From a virus (Duplodnaviria > Caudoviricetes), in the IMG/VR virus record IMGVR_UViG_3300036945_000312, positions 1-61,892 of that record: a DNA stretch of 61,892 nucleotides. One strand, 5' to 3'. The notes beneath the pieces were generated by a model. That model had not been told where the DNA came from, searched no databases, and was given only the letters and a program-made list of their open reading frames with translations. Position 1 is the stretch's first letter. Each line of letters begins with the position of its first letter. The position numbers and the translations under genes were made by a program. Shown here one piece after another: positions 45,516-54,900 of this stretch.

Positions 45516-47066
45516 GTGCAGATATTAGAGAACCGGGCACTACAGTTTGTAACCCGCAAGGCAGACCAGATCATTGCCTTGATCCCAAAAAGTAAGATCA
45601 TCGCCCGCAAGGGTGACCAAGCCAAGATCATTGTTAACTGGGGTCATGTGGAGGCGAAGCTTCTACGCAACCTGCAGATCAAAGACGTACCGCATCCCAT
45701 AACGGGACGCTACAAGTGGCCCGGGGTGTACACCCCATTCGACCACCAACGTACTACCGCTGCGTTTCTCGCTACCCACCCACGGTGCCTAGTACTCTCT
45801 GAGGCAGGCACAGGCAAGACCAGTGCGGCTGCATGGGCTGCGGACTACCTGATGCTGCAGGGGGAAATCAAACGAGTGCTTATCATTTGCCCCGTGTCCA
45901 TCATGGATACCGCATGGCGGGCTGACTTGTTCCGTACGCTTATGCACAGAACTGTGGCGATTGCTACCGGCAGTAAAGCCAAGCGGCAGCAGCTAATCAG
46001 CGGGGACTACGAGTTCATCATCATCAACTTCGACGGGGTGAAGGTAGTACGCGAAGAGCTTGCAGCAGGTGGGTTTGATCTTGTTATTGTGGACGAGGCA
46101 ACTGCCCTAAAGACGACCACAACGGATCGTTGGAAAGCTGTGCATAGCTTGCTGAAACCTGACACCCGGCTCTGGCTTATGACCGGTACCCCTGCATCGC
46201 AGTCCCCTACGGATGCCTACGGCCTTGCCAAGTTAGTTAGCCCTAGCTCTGTTCCGAAGTTCTTCGGAGCGTTCCGCGACTTGGTTATGTACAAGGTGAC
46301 AAACTTCAAATGGTCTCCCAAGATTAGTGCCCAAGATACGGTGTTCAAAGTGCTGCAGCCAGCGATCCGGTTCACCAAGGAAGAATGCCTAGACCTTCCC
46401 GACCTGCTGTACACCACTCGGGACATACCGCTAACCGTACAGCAAATGAAGTACTACGAGGAGGTTCGCAAGTCTATGGTGGCTGTAGCTGCAGGGGCGG
46501 AGATCACTGCGGTCAACGCGGCGGGGCTGTTGAATAAACTTTTGCAAATCAGCCAAGGCGTTGCCTATACAACGGATCGGGAAGTCATTGAGTTCGATGT
46601 AAGCAACCGAGTAAACGAGTTGCTGGATGTAATCAATCAGACTACCCACAAGGTCATCGTGTTCGTGCCGTTCCGCCATGCACTAGAAATGCTGGAGCAA
46701 GCCCTTGCTAAGGAAGGCATCTTCACGGAGTCTATCCACGGGGGCGTATCTGCAGGGCAACGCTCTGAGTCCATCAAACGCTTCCAGACCGAAGAGCGCC
46801 CCAAGGTGTTACTGCTAATCCCCCAAGCTGCAGCCCACGGGCTAACCCTTACGAAAGCCGACACGGTAGTCTGGTGGGGCCCGGTCCCCTCTGCGGAACT
46901 GTATATACAAGGCAATGCCCGGGCGCACAGGGCAGGGCAAGTCAACAAGGTAACGGTCGTTCGACTGCAAGGTAGCCCCGTAGAACGCAGGGTGTACGCC
47001 ATGCTGGACGGGAAAGTTGACCTTCATCAGGGCCTAGTTGATCTGTATCGACAAGAGATAGCTTGA
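45516..47066 (+). CDS. SNF2-family (SF2) helicase
   Basis: GTG start 45516 after GAAAGGA; EAGTGKT, VDEA, MTGTP, GLTL, QGNARAHRAGQ. Confidence 0.92.
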   Translation: MQILENRALQFVTRKADQIIALIPKSKIIARKGDQAKIIVNWGHVEAKLLRNLQIKDVPHPITGRYKWPGVYTPFDHQRTTAAFLATHPRCLVLSEAGTGKTSAAAWAADYLMLQGEIKRVLIICPVSIMDTAWRADLFRTLMHRTVAIATGSKAKRQQLISGDYEFIIINFDGVKVVREELAAGGFDLVIVDEATALKTTTTDRWKAVHSLLKPDTRLWLMTGTPASQSPTDAYGLAKLVSPSSVPKFFGAFRDLVMYKVTNFKWSPKISAQDTVFKVLQPAIRFTKEECLDLPDLLYTTRDIPLTVQQMKYYEEVRKSMVAVAAGAEITAVNAAGLLNKLLQISQGVAYTTDREVIEFDVSNRVNELLDVINQTTHKVIVFVPFRHALEMLEQALAKEGIFTESIHGGVSAGQRSESIKRFQTEERPKVLLLIPQAAAHGLTLTKADTVVWWGPVPSAELYIQGNARAHRAGQVNKVTVVRLQGSPVERRVYAMLDGKVDLHQGLVDLYRQEIA

Positions 47067-47090
47067 CACTTAGGCTAGACTGTGTATAAT
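47063..47090 (+). promoter_or_regulatory. Consensus sigma70 promoter
   Basis: TTGACA-16 bp-TATAAT. Confidence 0.85.
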
Positions 47091-47115
47091 AAAGACTCCC
47101 AACCAAGGAAACAAA

Positions 47116-47523
47116 ATGACTGCTCCAATTAAGTACGATGCCGACAAGTTAGTGCGTGTGTATATCAAAATGCGTGATGCCAAGGCTGCGATGGTGGCCG
47201 AGCATGAGACCCAAGTACAGGGGCTCGATACGCAGATGGAAGCCATAGAGGCAGAGCTTCTTAACATCTGCAAGACTACCGGCCAAGATGGCGGCAAGAC
47301 TTCCCACGGTTCGTTTACCCGTACCGTAAAGACCCGGTACTGGACTGGCGACTGGGGTGCTATGCACTCCTTCATTCGTGAACATGATGCCGTAGAGCTT
47401 TTGGAGCGCCGTGTGGCGCAGACCAACATGAAACAGTTCCTGCTGGACAATCCCGGCTTGATGCCTGAAGGACTCAATGTCGATTCCAAGTATTCCATTA
47501 CCGTAAGGAGAGCAACTAAGTAA
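47116..47523 (+). CDS. Conserved replication-cluster protein
   Basis: LVRVYIKMRD, DW..F..E, LLERRV.Q, PEGL. Confidence 0.75.
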   Translation: MTAPIKYDADKLVRVYIKMRDAKAAMVAEHETQVQGLDTQMEAIEAELLNICKTTGQDGGKTSHGSFTRTVKTRYWTGDWGAMHSFIREHDAVELLERRVAQTNMKQFLLDNPGLMPEGLNVDSKYSITVRRATK

Positions 47524-47565
47524 AGTACCCCGTGTCTTCCTGTGTTACCCGTGTCAATCCTATCC

Positions 47566-47579
47566 AACTAATATTAGTT
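47566..47579. promoter_or_regulatory. 14-bp palindrome, copy 11
   Basis: Perfect; 7 bp before the SSB-like start codon. Confidence 0.8.
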
Positions 47580-47586
47580 ACCTATC

Positions 47587-48465
47587 ATGTCTGAACTCAC
47601 ATTATTTAAATCCGGCGCTTCCCTCCCTGACTACCTCCGTGCTGACCCTGACGAGTTTACAAAACGCCTTGCTGGCGGCTCGACTGGCAAGACCATCTCC
47701 ATCAAAGGCGGCGTGTGGCGCATGATCGTCGGCGGCGAAGAGATTGCCAAGAACGAAGACCGCGCTATGAATCTGGTGGTGGTTAACGCTGCCCCCGCAG
47801 TGGCCCGTACTTACTACGAAGGTGTTTATGAAGAAGGTGCCGTTACCAGTCCTGCCTGCTTCTCTGCTGATGGCAAGATGCCAGATGCCACGATTAAAGC
47901 CCCGCAAGGTTCTTCCTGCGCTACCTGCAAACAGAACATCGCAGGTTCTGGACAGGGTGATTCTCGCGCTTGCCGCTTTAGTCAACGGTTCGCGGTAGCC
48001 CTTGAGGGCGATATTGGTGGTAACGTGTATCGCTTGCAACTCCCAGCCAAGTCTTTGTTTGGCCGCGCTGAAGGCGACAAGATGCCACTGCAAGCGTACG
48101 CTAAGTTCCTGTCCGGCCACGGGGTTCCTATGTCTGGTGTTGTGACGGAGGCGCGGTTCGATACTTCTGAAGCAGTTCCAGTTCTGAAGTTCCGGGCTAT
48201 CCGTCCGTTGACTCGGGAAGAGCTTACGATTGCCCGGGCACAAGGCGGCTCTGAGGATGCCGCACAAGCTATCGAGAGCAAGATGGTTATCAAGGATGCT
48301 CCGGTCCTTGCAGCCCTCCCCGCTACGTTTAGCAAGCCTGCGGCCCTGCCGGTTGCAGAGGAACCTGCGGCTCCCAAGAAGGTTTCCAAGAAGCCTGAGG
48401 TAGTTGCTACTCCTGCCAAAGATGTTAGCGCCATGTTGGACGAGTGGGGCTCTGACGATGAGTGA
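47587..48465 (+). CDS. Single-stranded DNA-binding/annealing protein
   Basis: ISIKGG, RTYY, CFS.DG..P, CATC..N..GS...RACR; acidic tail DEWGSDDE. Confidence 0.7.
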   Translation: MSELTLFKSGASLPDYLRADPDEFTKRLAGGSTGKTISIKGGVWRMIVGGEEIAKNEDRAMNLVVVNAAPAVARTYYEGVYEEGAVTSPACFSADGKMPDATIKAPQGSSCATCKQNIAGSGQGDSRACRFSQRFAVALEGDIGGNVYRLQLPAKSLFGRAEGDKMPLQAYAKFLSGHGVPMSGVVTEARFDTSEAVPVLKFRAIRPLTREELTIARAQGGSEDAAQAIESKMVIKDAPVLAALPATFSKPAALPVAEEPAAPKKVSKKPEVVATPAKDVSAMLDEWGSDDE

Positions 48466-48706
48466 TGCCCGGGGTTATTCGTACTCGCTTGTGAAAGCGA
48501 TTCAAGCGGCTGACCCCGCCCTCTTGGGGGTCCAGCTTGCCGACTACTGCCTGCATCATGGGATTTCTGTAAGCACCGTAGCCCGTACCTTGGGGGTAAC
48601 CCGACAGACTGTGTACTCATGGTTCACCGGTACTTTCCGCCCAAGGGGTGTTGCCATAGAAAAAATTAACTCTTTTATGGCGGGTGAGCCGAAAGCACAG
48701 GCATAA
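48458..48706 (+). CDS. XRE/Cro-like helix-turn-helix regulator
   Basis: ATG 48458; ISVSTVARTLGVTRQTVYSWFTG...P. Confidence 0.8.
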   Translation: MSDARGYSYSLVKAIQAADPALLGVQLADYCLHHGISVSTVARTLGVTRQTVYSWFTGTFRPRGVAIEKINSFMAGEPKAQA

Positions 48707-48715
48707 TCCCGTCCC

Positions 48716-48770
48716 GGGGCTAGGAGAAGCTGATCCCTTCTCGACAAAGCGGAACACGGGCCGCTGCCCC
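48716..48770 (+). ncRNA. Candidate three-way-junction leader RNA of the primase gene
   Basis: GGGGC/GCCCC closing stem around GAGAAG/CTTCTC and GCGG/CCGC hairpins. Confidence 0.4.
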
Positions 48771-48805
48771 ACCTTTTACCCAAGAAATCCAGACCGTGAG
48801 GATGT

Positions 48806-51691
48806 GTGAATAATTCCTTCTATCAAGCTGTGCTGCCTCCTGAAGGTTTGTACTGTGCCCTGAGTATCAACAACGGCATAGTAATCCCAAGCTTTCACCC
48901 TACTATTCAAGACCTCTGCGACAGGGGCACCGTGCTACACGCACAGAACACCAACGTATTTTTTGCCCTAGCATCCTACATAGATGCTGCTGAAGGGCGT
49001 AAGGCTTCCAACGCAAATGCTCTCAGGTGTTTCTTCGTTGACATAGATTGCGGTGAGGGTAAACCCTATGCCGATCAAGCGGAAGGTGCGACCGCACTCC
49101 GGGCCTTCATTGCAACTACCGGGCTACCTACCCCGTATATAGTTAACTCAGGTCGGGGGCTTCATGTCTACTGGCCGTTCCATGAAGTACTTACGGTAGC
49201 TAAGTGGAAACCCTTAGCCAAGGCATTCAAACATCTCTGCGTTGAGCATAGGCTGGCGATTGACCTGACCGTAACTGCAGACCCTGCGCGGGTGCTTCGC
49301 ATGGTAGATACTTCTAACCATAAGGTTAGCCCACCAGTTCCCGTTTTGATTATGGTGGAGGGTGTAGTCAGCGATCTGGACACGCTTAAAGGACTGATGC
49401 CCCCAGTGATTGAAGAGATTGACTGGTCGGCTGCGAAGGGTGATGGCGTGGATGCTATGACCCGGGCACTGGCAGGGGGAGACTACCCAGCCTCTGAGTT
49501 CTCTAGGGTCGTGCGCCGTAGCCTACGAGGTACGGGCTGCGCTCAGATTGCCAATGCCGTACAGAACAGTGCCACCTTGGAGGAACCCCTGTGGCGGGCT
49601 GCGTTGTCTGTTGCATGGCGATGTACTGATGCGGAGACTGCGATCCATATTCTGTCTCGGGGCCATCCGGGATACTCCGCAGAGAACACCTTGCGGAAGG
49701 CTGAGAGTACGCAGGGGCCCATGACCTGTGAGTGGTACCGCTCGAACTACAGTGCAGCCTGCGCTGGGTGTACGCAACAAGTTACTAGCCCTATATCCCT
49801 TGGCCGGAAGGTTGAGGCAGCGGAAGCAGTCAACGATGTGTACCTTGTTGAACAGCAGTTGAACCCAGATAACGCAGAGATTGGGGCAACCACAAAGGTC
49901 CAAGTTGAAATCCCTGCCTATCCGTTCCCGTACTTCCGGGGCTTGCATGGTGGGGTCTACCTTAAGAGCAAGGACAAAGAATCTGGCGATCCTATTGAGA
50001 TAGAAATTTACAAGTATGACCTCTATCTAACCTCTAGGTTTTACGATTCCTCAGAGCAGGGGGATGGTGAAGGGGAGCTTGTGGGGGTTAACCTGCATAC
50101 GCCCCATGATGGCATTCGGAGATTCATAGCTCCGGTAACTCAACTACTGACTAAAGAGAAAATGCGCGACCTCTTGCTTAAGCACGGAGTAGTGGCGATC
50201 AATAAAGAACTGGATAACCTCATGGCATACCTTGCAGCATCAATTCGCAACCTGCAGAAATCATTTGCTTCTGACCGTACCCGGAACCAGATGGGATGGA
50301 CACCTGATGATAGTGGCTTCGTTGTTGGTGAGCTAGAGTACACAGCGCATGGGGTTCGCCTAGCACCTGCAGCTAGTGCCACTAAAGCAATGGCCCCCAA
50401 GCTGATGGCAAAGGGTACGCTTACTGCATGGTCAGCCGTGGCTAACTTCTACGACCGTCCGGGCATGGAGGCCCACGCACTCGCATTGTTCTTTGGCTTT
50501 GGCGCTCCCCTCCTGCGGCTTATCGGCGGCATGGAAGTACGTGGGGCTGCGATCAACCTCATGTCCAACAAGTCAGGCACGGGTAAGACTACGGCACAGA
50601 TGGTAATCAACTCCATCTTTGGGCACCCCAGCGAGTTGCTGATGAAGAAGACCGATACCGGCGTGTCCAAGATGCAGTGGCTGGGTACCCTGAATAGCAT
50701 AGCGGCGACGATGGATGAGGTCACCAACTACGGGGATGAGGAGCTATCCGAGTTGATCTACGACATTCCACAGGGACGGGGCAAGAACCGTATGGAGTCG
50801 CAGACTAACAAACTGCGGGTGAACAATACCTCATGGATGACATTCGTTATCATGTCCAGTAACTCCTCGCTGTATGACAAGTTGACCCGCCTTAAGAACA
50901 CATCAGACGGGGAGTTGCGTAGGCTTATCGAGCTTCGGGTTAGCCGCCCTACCGAGATTAGCAAGCAGGAGTCGGACATTATATTTGGGGCCTTGGCAGA
51001 GAACTACGGCGTTGCCGGACCTGTGTTTATGCAGTATGTCTTGAAGAACCGCGAGAAGGTAATGGCACAGCTTAAGAAGATTCAAGCGCGGGTAGACAAT
51101 GACCTGAACCTTACGCAAGCAGACCGGTTCTACTCTATCGTGCTAGCCTGTGCGTTTACCGGAGCTAGCATTTCCATGAAGTTGGGGTTGCACAAGATTG
51201 ATATCTCCCGTGTGTATGCCTATGCGCTACAAGTTGTTGGACAGATTCGGTCAGACATCATCGCCCCCGCAGCCGACAACACACTGGCTGCACAGGAAAC
51301 CCTGACTACCTATATCAACGAGAACCTGAACAACGCACTGGTTATCAACGGTGCGCGTATCCCGGGCATTGTTAACGCCCCCACACAGGCTCCACGGGGC
51401 CCCTTGCGTATTCGGTATGAGCCAGATACCCGAGAGCTATGGATTCCCGCTGCGGCACTCAAGGACTATTTCGTATCCCGGCAGGTGGACTTTCAGCAAG
51501 CTATCAAGGAGTTGGCCGAACGGCACATCCTTAAAAATGGCGGCGCAGCTATGACCAAGCGGATTGGGTCCGGGGCTATCGGTAGCTTTGACGCTATGGG
51601 TATCCGCTGCTACTGCATCGACGGTATTGCTGTAGGGCTGAATGAGGACACCTTTGCCGCAGATCATGGCGCGACCCTATCTAATACCTGA
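48806..51691 (+). CDS. Primase-helicase fusion (AEP/RepB-like primase, DUF927, P-loop helicase)
   Basis: VDID and SGRGLHVYW primase motifs, Cys cluster, QMGW, SGTGKTT, MDE. Confidence 0.9.
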   Translation: MNNSFYQAVLPPEGLYCALSINNGIVIPSFHPTIQDLCDRGTVLHAQNTNVFFALASYIDAAEGRKASNANALRCFFVDIDCGEGKPYADQAEGATALRAFIATTGLPTPYIVNSGRGLHVYWPFHEVLTVAKWKPLAKAFKHLCVEHRLAIDLTVTADPARVLRMVDTSNHKVSPPVPVLIMVEGVVSDLDTLKGLMPPVIEEIDWSAAKGDGVDAMTRALAGGDYPASEFSRVVRRSLRGTGCAQIANAVQNSATLEEPLWRAALSVAWRCTDAETAIHILSRGHPGYSAENTLRKAESTQGPMTCEWYRSNYSAACAGCTQQVTSPISLGRKVEAAEAVNDVYLVEQQLNPDNAEIGATTKVQVEIPAYPFPYFRGLHGGVYLKSKDKESGDPIEIEIYKYDLYLTSRFYDSSEQGDGEGELVGVNLHTPHDGIRRFIAPVTQLLTKEKMRDLLLKHGVVAINKELDNLMAYLAASIRNLQKSFASDRTRNQMGWTPDDSGFVVGELEYTAHGVRLAPAASATKAMAPKLMAKGTLTAWSAVANFYDRPGMEAHALALFFGFGAPLLRLIGGMEVRGAAINLMSNKSGTGKTTAQMVINSIFGHPSELLMKKTDTGVSKMQWLGTLNSIAATMDEVTNYGDEELSELIYDIPQGRGKNRMESQTNKLRVNNTSWMTFVIMSSNSSLYDKLTRLKNTSDGELRRLIELRVSRPTEISKQESDIIFGALAENYGVAGPVFMQYVLKNREKVMAQLKKIQARVDNDLNLTQADRFYSIVLACAFTGASISMKLGLHKIDISRVYAYALQVVGQIRSDIIAPAADNTLAAQETLTTYINENLNNALVINGARIPGIVNAPTQAPRGPLRIRYEPDTRELWIPAAALKDYFVSRQVDFQQAIKELAERHILKNGGAAMTKRIGSGAIGSFDAMGIRCYCIDGIAVGLNEDTFAADHGATLSNT

Positions 51692-51905
51692 CAAGGTTCG
51701 GTTCATCCATGTGTACGGAGTGCCGTACTACATCCCGTGGGAGGGCCTACTCCCCGGGTACTCTGTATTTCTTAAGACTACGGCAAATGCAAGTGAGGTC
51801 CGCAAGCTGCTAAAGCCCGCAGAGCGACACTTCCGGATACTATTGAAAGCGCACAACCGGGTAGAGTTTGGCTACTACGGTGTGCGTATCTGGCGACTAG
51901 CCTAA
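51666..51905 (+). CDS. Small conserved protein
   Basis: ATG 51666; IPWEGLLPGYSVFL...GVRIWR; stop overlaps the convergent late gene. Confidence 0.7.
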   Translation: MARPYLIPDKVRFIHVYGVPYYIPWEGLLPGYSVFLKTTANASEVRKLLKPAERHFRILLKAHNRVEFGYYGVRIWRLA

Positions 51906-54900
51906 GGCTTTAGTTCGCATCATCTTGATATTGGCTTCCTGTCGTTGCAGGAACTGCCGCTCTATTATCTTAAGGCGACGTACTTCAGCTTCTTTCTTTG
52001 CCTTGTCCCAATCAGTACGTGAACTGGTTGTGGATATCGCCGTTCGCACTTCACCCAGTTGCCTTTGAATGTCTCCTACGGCTTCGCGGTATTGCAGCAG
52101 CTTAGTATTTTTTGTGAAGTACTCTTTAGCTTCTGGAATGCGCCCAAGACTTTCTAGTTTACGTACAGTAACTACAGCGGTATCAACTTGTTTAGCTAGA
52201 TCATAGAAATCATTTTTGATCTGCGAATCAAACTCTTTAACGGCAATCCTACCCATACCGGGCACAGCGGCTACCGTATCCCGTATGGACTCGGAAGGCT
52301 TGTTACCTACTAAACTATTGGACATTAGCATTACGGCCCCGCCGTACATACCCAGCATACCCCTGAGGAAGTAATCGAGCTTAACGGGAGATATACCTTG
52401 CGACTCTATGCCAGCAGACTCTAGCAACCGCTTGGAAGTCTCACCAATAAATTTAGACGCCTCACTGGTAGAAGCCGCAGCCTGCAGATAACTCTCTTGC
52501 TTTTCCAGACCCTGCCCGACGATAGGACGTTGGGTAAAGAAACTGTAGTTTGTAGCCAGTTCTGTAGCTACCTTAATGGGCTGGGCTACAGGCATAGGCC
52601 CTGAAATCAACGAGTTAATTACTACGTCTCTAACAGTCTTACTGAGCTTTGCGGGATCATCTGCGTACTTGCTAGCGTATTGACGGAACAGGGTTTCCGC
52701 AAAGAACTTGGGTAGGGTAAAGATATCGGGCCGCATGGGGATTCCCCACCCGTGCATACCGGGGAGGGTCAGCTTAGAAGCCTGTTCAGCCCGTGACATT
52801 TTCTCGTAGTCCTCGTCACCTACATTAGCCGCAGCCATTAGGAACGATATACCTGCCAACCACGCCATGTTGCTAAGTAGGGACTTCTTAGCCTGCGTTC
52901 TATCTCCCGGCGAAATACCTTCAGAGCTAATTACTTTTAGGGCAGCGCGGGTAGCCGCTAAGAATGAGTTAAAGAACACCACATTCCGGGCAACTTGAGT
53001 TAACCCCTCATTGCCTAAACGAGTACGGAAATTAATAATCTCAAACGCTTTCTCAATAGCTTCAGCTTCGGTAAGTCCCGCATCTCTAGCCGCGAGATAC
53101 ACAGCTTGGCGAACCGAGTTATCCGCTCCCATGTTTATGTCTTGCATGAGGTTCTGGTACTTACCCCATGTAGATAACTTCCGAAGCCCTGCCTCTACCT
53201 CCGCATTAGTGCGATGCGTCATAGCGTTGTAGTCGCTAACTCCCACAGCGCCGTATTCCCGCAAGGTCTCTCGTGCTTGGCTCTTACCCGTCATAGTACG
53301 TACCGCCTCTGCCATTGCAGTTAGTGGTATTTTGAATGCGTACTTAGGTTTTAGCCCTGCTATAAACACGGCACTGATGGAGTCCATTGCAACCTGATAT
53401 ACCGGAAACAATGGGAAGTTTGTAATGGAGGCTCTAAATATATTGTTAGTCGCATCCAGCATACCGCCAATAAACGGAATAGTAGCGCGACCAAAAGCTT
53501 CCATTCCCCGGAATACGCCCGCCTTAGCAGCACTCTCAAACTCCAGATACTTAGTCGTACCGTTCTCCAGATAGGACACGGTACGGTCTGCGGCTCCCTT
53601 TGCGGGAGTATCTACTCGACGTACTTCCGTATCTGGCAGGAACTCTAGGGACGCTTGTGCAAGCTCTTGAGCTTTTTGATTAGCAACCGCACTACGAATA
53701 CTATACGCAGCCCAATTACTGAAGTTGTCTACTACATCATGCACATCTCGCAGGGACCCCTTGAACGCTTGTTCTTTAGCCTTTACCTGCAAGCCTTTTA
53801 CAAACTTGTTGAACCCAGACGCAATAGTTTCGCTCTCTGCAAACTCCCGGTTAAACGGTACCCACTCTGCGTTGTCCAGCATCCACTGTCCATGCTCTTC
53901 AGACCAGACCCCGGTTTTCTGCAACAGGTCTCGAATCCAGCTACGCATCTCTTGCTTAATGTCGTCAATCTTTTGAATCTCCGGCATTGTTTGAAATAGC
54001 TTCAACCCCTCGGTAATCTGATCGGGCTCCATGTGGAACACAAGAGCTTCCGCTTTATCTTGGAGCTTCTTAGCTCCCTCTTTTTTACCCGCAGCCTCTA
54101 GCGTAGCTGCGTCAGCCAACATCTTGTCACGGGCTTTGTACAACGCTTCCATACGCTTAGACTCTAGGGCGGTACTAGCGTAGTACCGGGCCTCCGGCAA
54201 CGTAAGGCCGTACGCCTCCATCATCTTCCCGTATTCAGCGTTTATAGCCTTCAGGTTAGCATCAGACTTTGTAGTCTGGAACTTATACGTAGCTTCGTTG
54301 TACTTGAGCCCGCCTGTTTGCAGAGCTTCATCTGCTACGGCTCCTGCATGGGATGCCTGCGACAAACTCAACTGCAGCAGCAGATCGGTAGCTTCGCCTT
54401 CCGGCATAGTGGCACGCGCTTCCTCACGCACAGCCCGCTTCAAAGGTTCGCTAGCGTCAAGGGCATCAGCCGCACGATCCGCAAAAGTTTTAACCCACGA
54501 CTCACCTTGCTTACGCTTAGGAACGAAACCCGCAATGGTTTCTTTGACTCGTTCAGGGAAGCTACGGCTATCCTCTTCCGGCAAGGTGCGCCCCATTGCA
54601 GTCAGCGTATCTTCGGCGTCTTGTGCAGCCTGTGATTTAACAGGAGGAGCCTTTGGGGCCCCGAAAAATACTTTTCCAGCCTGCTTCTTCGCTTGCGGGA
54701 ATTCTTTCTTACCGGTAGCCTTGGCCTGTTTGGCTTCCGCTTTAGCTTGTTTAGCGGCTTCTGCAGCGTCCCGTTTGGCTAGGGCATCCGCCTGACGTTT
54801 AGCTTGTTCAGCCTTAATACGAGTAGTCTTAGCAGCTTTTAATGCCGATAGTTCTTCTTCGGTTTGCAGTCCCCGTCCGATAGACGGGCCTGATATATCC

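Noticed and set aside
29466-47579. Palindromic repeats as a CRISPR array (a Cas4-like gene is present)
   Set aside because: Repeats are 14 bp, hundreds to thousands of bp apart and separated by genes; Cas4-like nucleases are routine in phage replication modules
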